Notes under the pieces: generated by a model
Told to the model about the DNA's origin: nothing
Databases searched by the model: none
What the model saw: the letters and a program-made list of their open reading frames with translations, nothing else
Source: Candidatus Acetothermia bacterium
Lineage (GTDB): Bacteria > Bipolaricaulota > Bipolaricaulia > M55B111
Length of the DNA: 11,442 nt
Assembly (NCBI GenBank): GCA_046543235.1
Contig: JBKGZT010000043.1
Coordinates: 1-11,442 of the forward strand
Direction of reading: 5' to 3'
Program-made: the position numbers and the translations under genes
In this document: one piece after another, positions 1-6,978 of the stretch
Numbering within the stretch: the first letter of the stretch is position 1
How the letters are laid out: each line of letters starts with the position of its first letter

Positions 1-11
1 AATGCTTAAGA

Positions 12-40
12 ATAATAATCTTAAGGGGGTGTAATTTCAA
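12..40 (-). promoter_or_regulatory. Putative sigma70 promoter reading leftwards out of the window, with an inverted repeat around the -10 box
   Basis: Minus strand TTGAAA (40-35), 17-bp spacer, TATTAT (17-12). CTTAAGA (5-11) and TCTTAAG (19-25) form a perfect inverted repeat around the -10. Confidence 0.55.
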
Positions 41-70
41 GTGTGATCGTTCGACGACGACCGAAAAAAA

Positions 71-145
71 TGGTGGGCCCACTAGGATTCGAACCTAGGA
101 CCGCCCGGTTATGAGCCGGATGCTCTACCGCTGAGCTATGGACCC
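71..145 (-). tRNA. tRNA with CAT anticodon, most likely tRNA-Ile2 (lysidine type); elongator Met not excluded
   Basis: Reverse complement GGGTCCATAGCTCAGCGGTAGAGCATCCGGCTCATAACCGGGCGGTCCTAGGTTCGAATCCTAGTGGGCCCACCA: acceptor GGGTCCA/TGGGCCC, D arm GCTC/GAGC, anticodon arm CCGG-CTCATAA-CCGG, T arm CTAGG-TTCGAAT-CCTAG, encoded CCA. It has a G1-C72 pair and lacks the fMet C1:A72 mismatch and the GGG/CCC anticodon stem. Confidence 0.95.
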
Positions 146-156
146 AGAGCATAAAA

Positions 157-185
157 ACTCTAACGAGAGACCCATCTTCTTTCAA
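157..185 (-). promoter_or_regulatory. Putative sigma70 promoter of the tRNA
   Basis: Minus strand TTGAAA (185-180), 17 bp, TAGAGT (162-157), just upstream of the tRNA 5' end at 145. Confidence 0.6.
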
Positions 186-205
186 GAGCCAGTATTGAAA
201 AACAG

Positions 206-234
206 TTGACAGTAAGTAATCAGTCTGGTAAATT
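206..234 (+). promoter_or_regulatory. Strong sigma70 promoter of rpsF-rpsR
   Basis: Perfect -35 TTGACA (206-211), 17-bp spacer, extended -10 TG-G-TAAATT (226-234). Back-to-back with the tRNA promoter. Confidence 0.75.
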
Positions 235-274
235 TAGGTGCCAACAAGTTCTCGTTACTAAAAGAGGTGACAGC

Positions 275-592
275 TTGAATAACTTAAGAGGATACGAAGT
301 GATGTACCTCCTGGATCCCAGGTACGATGAAGAGGGCCTGGAGGACAAGAAGGATAGACTGAAGGGAATAGTTGAAAGTGAAGGAGGAGAAGTCGAAAGT
401 GTGGAAGAGTGGGGAAAGAAGAGGCTGGCATACGAGATAAATGATTTTACCGAGGGGTTTTACCTCCTTGTGGAATTCCGGGCTTCTTCGGATGCCATTG
501 ACCCGATATCGGAGAAATCAAACGTCGAGGAAGGCGTAATTAGGTACCAGGTCTTTCGGGACGAAGAGGTAGCGGAGCCGGTGAAGAGTTAA
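275..592 (+). CDS. rpsF: 30S ribosomal protein S6 (bS6)
   Basis: Motifs YEVMYLLDP, WGKKRLAYEI and EGFYLLVEF. Start moved to TTG at 275, behind SD GAGGTG (264-269); the ORF-track start at 206 coincides with the -35 box. Confidence 0.95.
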   Translation: MNNLRGYEVMYLLDPRYDEEGLEDKKDRLKGIVESEGGEVESVEEWGKKRLAYEINDFTEGFYLLVEFRASSDAIDPISEKSNVEEGVIRYQVFRDEEVAEPVKS

Positions 593-686
593 CTGCATCG
601 ACGAAATACTGCCTCGTGGGTACTTGACTTTGTTTTTTGACATTTATCTGACAAAATAAGCAAAAACAGGAGTGGTTAACTAAATC

Positions 687-917
687 ATGGGAAGAAGAAG
701 ATCCAATAGGTGTATGGCCTGTGAGGGCAAAATAGATCTCGATTATAAGCAGTATAATAAGCTCAAGAGATTTACCAACAGATCCGGAAAAATTCTCCCG
801 AGGCGTGCCACCAAGCTCTGTGAAAAACACCAGCGCAAGGCGGCGGAAGCAATTAAAAGTGCTCGGTACCTGGGCCTCCTGCCGTACGGCGACGAGCACG
901 GGAGCCCCTGGCAGTAG
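687..917 (+). CDS. rpsR: 30S ribosomal protein S18 (bS18), zinc-binding C+ type
   Basis: DYK, GKILPRR and HQR..A.AIK.AR.LGLLPY motifs; CMAC plus CEKH zinc ligands; downstream of rpsF. Confidence 0.96.
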   Translation: MGRRRSNRCMACEGKIDLDYKQYNKLKRFTNRSGKILPRRATKLCEKHQRKAAEAIKSARYLGLLPYGDEHGSPWQ

Positions 918-925
918 ATTCCAGT

Positions 926-952
926 TACCGAAAGCCCTTTTGGGCTTCGGTA
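926..952 (+). terminator. Stem-loop after rpsR (possible terminator or 3' stabiliser)
   Basis: TACCGAA(A)GCCC-TTTT-GGGCTTCGGTA: 11 bp with one bulge, 8 nt after the rpsR stop. No clear U-tract follows. Confidence 0.5.
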
Positions 953-1169
953 GAGATAATCTTAACTTGATTGTTTATTTCTCCCCTAACCAACCAGCCG
1001 AGCCTGAATAGTTTTGTATAGAACCCACCGTTCAGCGGCTGGATAAAGTAGTTTCCCGATTCCGGTTCGTGAGTCCGGTGTTAAACACCCTTTAGAACCT
1101 GACTCGGTTTCGGGTATATTTTGTTGCGTGACGGTTGTGGCACTCTGCGGATCTAACTTGGTGATACAG

Positions 1170-2738
1170 GTGAGTAGAACCGGTACCGGAGAACGGTCCC
1201 TTTATCTCAGATGGAGGCCCGGGAAGTTTGGCGAGGTAATCGGTCAGGAAGGGACGGTAAGAATACTTAAGAACTCCGTCCAGCGCGGTGAGACCTCTCA
1301 CGCCTACCTGTTCGCTGGCCCCAGAGGAACGGGAAAGACTTCCGTCGCCAGGATCCTGGCAAAAGCACTTAATTGCGAGGATCCCCGGGAAGGTGAGCCG
1401 TGTAATAGCTGCTCCAGCTGCCGGAAGATAGAAGAAGGTACGGCGCTGGATATAGTAGAAATAGACGGTGCTTCTAACAGGGGGATCGACAAGATAAGGG
1501 AGTTGAGGGAAGAGGTAAATTTTGCTCCCGCCGAGCTGGATAACAAGGTTTACATAATTGACGAAGTCCACATGCTCACCAACCAGGCCTTTAACGCCCT
1601 GTTAAAGACGATAGAAGAGCCACCGGATAAGGTCACTTTCATATTTGCTACCACCGAACCTGAAGAAGTACCTTCGACCATAGTCTCGCGCTGCCAGGTA
1701 TTTGAGTTCAAGGAAATCTCGGGGGAAGATATCCGTGAGAGGCTGAAAGAAGTGGCCTCAGTCGAAGGGGTAAAGATAACTGACGAGGCGCTGGGATTAA
1801 TTTCAGACCGGGCTCGCGGTTCGATGCGGGACGGTCTGGTAATATTAGAACAGGTCATGGCCTCCGGTGCAGAGGGCGAGATCGACAGGGAGGACCTGTT
1901 CGAACTACTTGGGCTGGTGGAGGGGGAGACGACGGAAAGGTATATCGATGGTTTGCTTGGAGGCCGGGCGGGCGAGCTCCTGGAGATCCTGGATGACCTG
2001 ACGGGACGAGGAAGAGATCTCGAGTTGTTCCTGGAGCAGGTACTCGAAAAGCTGAGGGCTAGAATTAGGAATAGCGACGAACCGAGGAAGGTAAAAAGCT
2101 TGGTTGGTTTATCCCGCAGGTTGCTTGATACCTCCGAGGACCTGAAACGTTCGTCACACAAACAGGTTGCGCTGGAGATCGGTACTCTGGAGCTGGTCGA
2201 TCAGTTCCTTGGGCCAGAGCCAGCTGAGGCCGAGTTAACCGGGGATGAAAACCGAGATCGAACCGAATCGGAAGAAGTTCTTAAAGAACAGGAAGACGTT
2301 GAAGGGGAGGAGAAAGGTCCGGAAGAAGTCGAAGCGAGGAAGGGGTCCTCGGAGACGGATGAGGAAGCGAAGGGTTCTAACTTAAAGAACTCCGAACGCT
2401 GGCGGAAGATGGTGGAACGGATAGAAGAGGATAAGATCTCGATCGCCGCTTTTCTGGAAGAGGCGGTGCCGGTGATCCGAAATCAGGACCTATATCTCGA
2501 GTTTAGCGAGGAATTTTCCTTTCACAAGGAGAGCCTGGAAACAAGACGCAACCTCTCTTATCTTAAATCCGTAGTAGATGATTTTTTTGACGATATAGAT
2601 GAGTTGCGGATAATTTACAGCGAGGACAATGGTGAGAGTTCGGAAACCGAGGGTTCCGGTACCAGCCTGCTGGATGAGAAATCGGAGCTCGTGAAGAAAA
2701 AGTTCGGCGGCAATGTCGTTGAGGAAGGAAGGATATAA
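1170..2738 (+). CDS. dnaX: DNA polymerase III subunit gamma/tau (clamp loader)
   Basis: LYLRWRP N-terminus, Walker A GPRGTGKT, Zn module C-x8-C-x2-C-x2-C, IDGASNRG, Walker B IIDEVHML, SRC arginine finger, GSMRD. Acidic linker and C-terminal tau-like domain. Start probably GTG 1170 after GGTGA (1160-1164). Confidence 0.96.
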   Translation: MSRTGTGERSLYLRWRPGKFGEVIGQEGTVRILKNSVQRGETSHAYLFAGPRGTGKTSVARILAKALNCEDPREGEPCNSCSSCRKIEEGTALDIVEIDGASNRGIDKIRELREEVNFAPAELDNKVYIIDEVHMLTNQAFNALLKTIEEPPDKVTFIFATTEPEEVPSTIVSRCQVFEFKEISGEDIRERLKEVASVEGVKITDEALGLISDRARGSMRDGLVILEQVMASGAEGEIDREDLFELLGLVEGETTERYIDGLLGGRAGELLEILDDLTGRGRDLELFLEQVLEKLRARIRNSDEPRKVKSLVGLSRRLLDTSEDLKRSSHKQVALEIGTLELVDQFLGPEPAEAELTGDENRDRTESEEVLKEQEDVEGEEKGPEEVEARKGSSETDEEAKGSNLKNSERWRKMVERIEEDKISIAAFLEEAVPVIRNQDLYLEFSEEFSFHKESLETRRNLSYLKSVVDDFFDDIDELRIIYSEDNGESSETEGSGTSLLDEKSELVKKKFGGNVVEEGRI

Positions 2739-2753
2739 ATTGGAGGTCTTAAG

Positions 2754-3080
2754 ATGAAAGGATTTGGAAACATCAATAACATCATGCAGAAAGCCCAGGA
2801 AATGCAGGAAGAACTGGAAAAGAAGAAGGAAGAACTGGCGGAAAAAGAAGTCGAAGCGACTTCGGGTGGCGGGATGGTTACGGTAGTGATGAACGGAAAC
2901 GAAGAGGTAATCGATATTAGCATTGAGGAGGAAGTAATAGATCCGGACGATCCCGAAATGCTCGAAGATCTGATACTCGCGGCCGTGAACAACGCGAAGG
3001 AAAAGGCCAAGGAGCTTAAAGAAGAAGAGATGGGTGATATCGCCGGCGGATTGGATATGCCGAACATACCTGGCTTATGA
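2754..3080 (+). CDS. ybaB: YbaB/EbfC family nucleoid-associated protein
   Basis: MQKAQEMQ, SGGGMVTV.MNG and D.EMLEDLILAAVN motifs; SD GGAGGT (2742-2747); conserved dnaX-ybaB-recR synteny. Confidence 0.94.
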   Translation: MKGFGNINNIMQKAQEMQEELEKKKEELAEKEVEATSGGGMVTVVMNGNEEVIDISIEEEVIDPDDPEMLEDLILAAVNNAKEKAKELKEEEMGDIAGGLDMPNIPGL

Positions 3081-3670
3081 TAGAACCTCTGGAGAGGGCG
3101 ATAGCTGAATTAAAGAAGCTTCCCGGTATAGGCCAAAAGACGGCTGAGCGGTTGATTTTTCACCTGCTGACCAGAGACAAAGAAGACGTCCAAAAGTTGT
3201 CCGATTCCATCAACGCGTTAACGGAGGAAGTCGGACGGTGCAGGGTTTGTGGGAATTTCGCCACCGGGGAGGAATGCGAGATTTGCTCAGACCCGAAAAG
3301 AGACCGGGGTAAGATCTGTGTCGTCAGTCGACCCTGGGATATCCCCAAGGTCGAATCGACCGGGAAATACGAGGGTCTTTACCACGTACTTGGAGGGCTG
3401 ATCAATCCAATAGAAGACGTTTCTCCGGAAGACCTTACGATCGACGAACTGCTCGAACGGGTGGGGTCGGAAGAAGTTCAGGAGGTAATCCTTGCGCTGG
3501 AACCGAAGACGGAAGGAGAGTCCACTTCCATGTTTCTCGTTAAGAAGTTAAGAAAACTGGACGTCGAGATCTCTCAGATTGCACAGGGCATTCCGGTTGG
3601 TCGAGAGCTGGAATTTATGGACAAAGCAACGCTGGGAAAGGCGTTTGAAGGTCGACGCGACGTCAAATAG
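3077..3670 (+). CDS. recR: Recombination mediator RecR
   Basis: HhH LPGIGQKTAERL, C4 zinc finger CRVC...CEIC, YHVLGGLI and TOPRIM EVILAL..EGE; ATGA overlap with ybaB. Confidence 0.96.
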   Translation: MIEPLERAIAELKKLPGIGQKTAERLIFHLLTRDKEDVQKLSDSINALTEEVGRCRVCGNFATGEECEICSDPKRDRGKICVVSRPWDIPKVESTGKYEGLYHVLGGLINPIEDVSPEDLTIDELLERVGSEEVQEVILALEPKTEGESTSMFLVKKLRKLDVEISQIAQGIPVGRELEFMDKATLGKAFEGRRDVK

Positions 3671-3691
3671 AGACGGGAGCGTCCATCACGG

Positions 3692-3883
3692 TTTTCCTGG
3701 CCCCGGATAAATATCACCTAATTCCAGGGTTTGAGATGCGAAAGTTCTTCTTCTGAAAGAAATCCCCCCTGCGTCCAATATTTACCATTCGTTCTCGGAC
3801 TTCGGGATCTTCGACCCACGACGGGAATGATCACCCCTTTTCTGGATTAATTGGCATTCGTCCAAATACGAGGGCCGGGAAAA
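3692..3883 (+). ncRNA. Candidate ~190-nt structured RNA of unknown family (6S-like size); unconfirmed
   Basis: Terminal stem TTTTCCTGGCCC (3692-3703) with GGGCCGGGAAAA (3872-3883), nested stem 3719-3729 with 3840-3849, and further inner pairings. The G-U wobbles work on the + strand. Confidence 0.3.
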
Positions 3884-3981
3884 GGATATAACCATTGTCA
3901 TGTCCCATTCCCCAATCCTTAGCTGGATTGAAAGATACGCTAACCGAATTCAACAGGCGAAGTCTGGAGGAGGTAGGAGAA

Positions 3982-5697
3982 ATGTCCAAAGATAATCGGG
4001 TTGTCGAAATCTTGAACGAAGTTGCTGACCTGCTGGAAATCAAGGGAGTGGATTATAAGCCCAGAGCCTACCGAAGGGCTGCCAGACAGATAGAATCTCT
4101 TGCCGACGATTTATCCGAAGTCCATTCCAGAGGCGAACTGGAGGATATACCGTCAGTAGGGGAAAACATAGCGGAAAAGATTGCCGAGATACTTGAAACT
4201 GGCCGTCTGGAGTATCACGAGGATTTGAAAGACGAGATACCGATTGACCCGGTCCTTCTCAAGGTCCGTAACCTGGGGCCGAAGAAAATGAAGAAGCTAT
4301 GGCAGGAGCTCGACGTCACAACACTGGAGGAACTGGAGGAGGCAGGGGAGAACCATAGAATAAGGGGGATTAAGGGCTTCGGGCCGAAGTCTGAGGAAAA
4401 GATAATGGACGGGCTCGAGATTGTCCAAAGATCCCAGGGGAAGGCCCACATATCCGAGGTATTGCCGGTTGCAATAGCAATAAAGGAGGAACTGGAAGGG
4501 ACGGGTGCCTTTGACGATCTCGGGTTTGCTGGGTCGCTGAGACGGCGAAAGTACCAGGTCGGGGATGTCGACATCCTGGCGACAACTGGTGACCGAAAAA
4601 AAGCGATGGATGTCTTCGCTGGGCTGGATTCGGCCGATGAGGTGCTTAGCAGGGGTGATACCAAGGCCTCGATACGGACGGACGATGGTCTCAGAATCGA
4701 TCTTAGAATAGTTGAACGGACTAGTCTGGGAGCGGCAAAGCAGTACTTTACTGGTTCCCAGCAGCATAACGTAAGGATGAGGCAACGGGCTATTGCGAGA
4801 GGGTACAAGCTCAACGAGTACGGGCTCTTCGAGAAGGAGTCGGAGGACAGGGTCTCGGGAGAAGCAGAAAGGGGGATTTACGAGGAGCTGGATTTAAAGT
4901 GGGTCCCACCCGAATTGAGAGAAGCCAGGGGTGAGATAGAAGCCGCGGAGAACGACCGTCTGCCATGTTTGGTCGAGAAGGACGAGATTAAAGGGGATCT
5001 GCATTGTCACAGCGATAGAAGCAGCGACGGGGAGATACCGCTGGAAATTCTCGGTAAGGAGGCCCATAAGCGGGGGTATAATTACCTAACGGTGACGGAT
5101 CACGCGGAAACGGCCGGAATAGTTGGCGGACTGTTGGACGAGGACGTAACTCGGCACCTGGAAGAAGTTAAGGAAGTAAGTCGGGAACTGGAAGACGTAG
5201 AGCTCTTGGCCGGGGTTGAAGCGAACGTTCAAAAAGACGGTACCCTGGACCTTTCAAACGAGTCCCTGGAAAGACTTGATATAGTTCTGGCGGGCGTGCA
5301 CTCCCACTTTGACATGGGGAAAGAGAAAATGACCCGCCGTCTGGCCCGAGCTATCGACAACGAGAACGTCGATATTATCGCTCACCCAAGGGGTAGAAAG
5401 ATCGGTGAAAGGGGGAGTTTCAACCTGGACTGGAACCGGATATTTGCCAGAGCGAGGGAAACGGATACTGCTCTGGAGATAAATGCCTCCCCCGCCCGAA
5501 CGGACCTTGACGACAATATGGTCAAGCGGGCTCTCGAGAACGGGGTCAAGCTATCCATCGGTACGGACTCCCACAGGATCAATCACCTGGACTTTATGGA
5601 GTATGGAGTGTATATCGCGAGACGGGGCTGGTGCGAATCGGGTAACCTGCTTAACACTCTTACTCTGAGCGAATTAAAGGACTGGTTGCGGGTTTGA
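3982..5697 (+). CDS. polX: DNA polymerase/3'-5' exonuclease PolX (family X polymerase fused to a PHP domain)
   Basis: N-terminal HhH domain RAYRRAA; catalytic GSLRR...GDVD and RIDLR; YFTGS..HN; LNEYGLF; PPELRE; PHP metal ligands DLHCHS, TDH, GVE, GVH, AHP, GTDSH. Start ATG 3982 after SD GGAGGAGGTAGGAG. Confidence 0.95.
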   Translation: MSKDNRVVEILNEVADLLEIKGVDYKPRAYRRAARQIESLADDLSEVHSRGELEDIPSVGENIAEKIAEILETGRLEYHEDLKDEIPIDPVLLKVRNLGPKKMKKLWQELDVTTLEELEEAGENHRIRGIKGFGPKSEEKIMDGLEIVQRSQGKAHISEVLPVAIAIKEELEGTGAFDDLGFAGSLRRRKYQVGDVDILATTGDRKKAMDVFAGLDSADEVLSRGDTKASIRTDDGLRIDLRIVERTSLGAAKQYFTGSQQHNVRMRQRAIARGYKLNEYGLFEKESEDRVSGEAERGIYEELDLKWVPPELREARGEIEAAENDRLPCLVEKDEIKGDLHCHSDRSSDGEIPLEILGKEAHKRGYNYLTVTDHAETAGIVGGLLDEDVTRHLEEVKEVSRELEDVELLAGVEANVQKDGTLDLSNESLERLDIVLAGVHSHFDMGKEKMTRRLARAIDNENVDIIAHPRGRKIGERGSFNLDWNRIFARARETDTALEINASPARTDLDDNMVKRALENGVKLSIGTDSHRINHLDFMEYGVYIARRGWCESGNLLNTLTLSELKDWLRV

Positions 5698-5870
5698 TCT
5701 CATATAAGTTGAGCTCTTACCTTCAGCCGGAGGCCGAAGTTTCCAAAGCTAGTTTTAGGTAAAATGCTACCCTATGCACCCTCCTCCGCAGTCAAAAACT
5801 ACGCCAAAAAGGACGGGGTTCTGACTGTGACTTTGAGTACTTCCGAGCGGGAAAACCGCTAAAATCAAGG

Positions 5871-5899
5871 TTGTCAGTAAAAAGGTCGTTTGTTATTAT
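5871..5899 (+). promoter_or_regulatory. Putative sigma70 promoter of rnfDGEAB-rseC
   Basis: TTGTCA (5871-5876), 17 bp, extended -10 TG-T-TATTAT (5891-5899). Implies a leader of about 115 nt. Confidence 0.65.
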
Positions 5900-6021
5900 A
5901 AGTGCAAGCAATTATTTACCCGATTGAATTAGCTTGGGATACCGCCCAAGAATTTCCGCCATAGCTGGGGGATAAGGGAAGCGCCCATTCCGTGATTTCA
6001 TGATGAGAGGTTTTTTACTAC

Positions 6022-6978
6022 ATGGAAAACGATCGGAGTTCCAACTATAGGACCTCGTATTCGCCTCATATACATTCCGGAAAAAAGACTCCGGAAGTAA
6101 TGCGTGGAGTTGTTCTGGCTCTCCTGCCCGCTGTCGCGGCGGGGATATATTACTTTCGGCTTGACGCCGTTTTTTTGCTCCTTACTACTGTATTAGTAAG
6201 CCTTGGTTCGGAAGCTCTGATGCAGTGGATTCTCGGAAAAGACGTGGATATCTCCGACAACAGCGCCCTGGTAACCGGAATCCTCGTCGCCCTGGTACTG
6301 CCACCTGAGATTCCTCTCTACGCTGCAGGTCTGGGAAGTGCCTTCGCCATAATAATTGGCAAGCAACTATTTGGCGGGCTGGGAAAAAACATCTTCAATC
6401 CCGCTTTGATCGGAAGAGCCTTTTTGGTTTCAGCTTATCCGGTGCTGATGACGACCTGGACGCAACCCACGGGCTTTGACGCGGTGACCTCGGCAACCCC
6501 CCTGGCAGCTGCCAAGTTCGACGGGATCATTACTCCGCTCGGCCGATTGTTCTTCGGAAACGTGGCAGGTTCTCTCGGAGAAACATCTGCTCTGGCCCTT
6601 CTATTAGGTGGAATATACTTGCTGGTGAAGGGATATATGGATTGGAGGATTCCGGCGGCTGCATTTGCTTCTTTATTGGTTCTGACGGGAATACTCTGGG
6701 GAGTGAACCCTGGAGAATACGCCTCTCCGCTCTTCCACCTACTTGCGGGAGGATTCATGATCGGAGCCATTTACATGGCTACGGACCCGACGACCTCTCC
6801 TGTAACCAAGGGTGGCAGGTGGATCTTTGGGGCCGGTGTTGGTGTTATAACTGTAGTTATAAGAATATGGGGGGGCTACCCTGAGGGCGTTATGTATTCG
6901 ATCCTGTTGATGAATGCCTTCCGGCCGCTTATCGACAGGTTTACTACCCCCACCCCGCTCGGCGGTGGTAAAGGGTGA
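6022..6978 (+). CDS. rnfD: Rnf electron transport complex subunit D (membrane flavoprotein)
   Basis: SPHIH, KQLFGGLGKNIFNPALIGRAFL, flavinylation motif DAVTSATPL, GSLGETS, YMATDP.TSP, GGYPEGVMYSILLMN. Confidence 0.95.
   Translation: MENDRSSNYRTSYSPHIHSGKKTPEVMRGVVLALLPAVAAGIYYFRLDAVFLLLTTVLVSLGSEALMQWILGKDVDISDNSALVTGILVALVLPPEIPLYAAGLGSAFAIIIGKQLFGGLGKNIFNPALIGRAFLVSAYPVLMTTWTQPTGFDAVTSATPLAAAKFDGIITPLGRLFFGNVAGSLGETSALALLLGGIYLLVKGYMDWRIPAAAFASLLVLTGILWGVNPGEYASPLFHLLAGGFMIGAIYMATDPTTSPVTKGGRWIFGAGVGVITVVIRIWGGYPEGVMYSILLMNAFRPLIDRFTTPTPLGGGKG

Noticed and set aside
206..274. N-terminal extensions in the ORF track (rpsF from 206; also dnaX from 1128, polX from 3895, rseC from 9389)
   Set aside because: Better SD-supported starts lie downstream (275, 1170, 3982, 9578). 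The extensions overlap promoters or neighbouring genes and lack family similarity.
624..665. Internal rpsR promoter from TTGACT (624-629) or TTGACA (637-642)
   Set aside because: No acceptable -10 hexamer at 16-18 bp spacing.
918..1169. SRP RNA (ffs/scr) upstream of dnaX
   Set aside because: The position fits, and the minus strand has GTCAGGTTC, but the conserved CAGG-stem-GNRA-stem-AGCAG helix 8 is missing on both strands.
2091..2100. E. coli-type -1 frameshift site in dnaX
   Set aside because: GTAAAAAGC has only five A's (the site needs A AAA AAG) and lies within the collar domain; no slippery heptamer was seen in the linker.
3717..3908. Short minus-strand frames between recR and polX (MGHDNGYILFPALVFG..., MIIPVVGRRSRSP..., and a TGA read-through ...SFPSWVEDPEVRER)
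   Set aside because: Short, with no recognisable motif, SECIS or good SD. A pseudogene remnant cannot be excluded without tBLASTx, but nothing supports it.
5985..6005. Rex operator upstream of rnfD (CGTGATTTCATG)
   Set aside because: Half-sites and spacing do not fit TTGTGAA-N4-TTCACAA.
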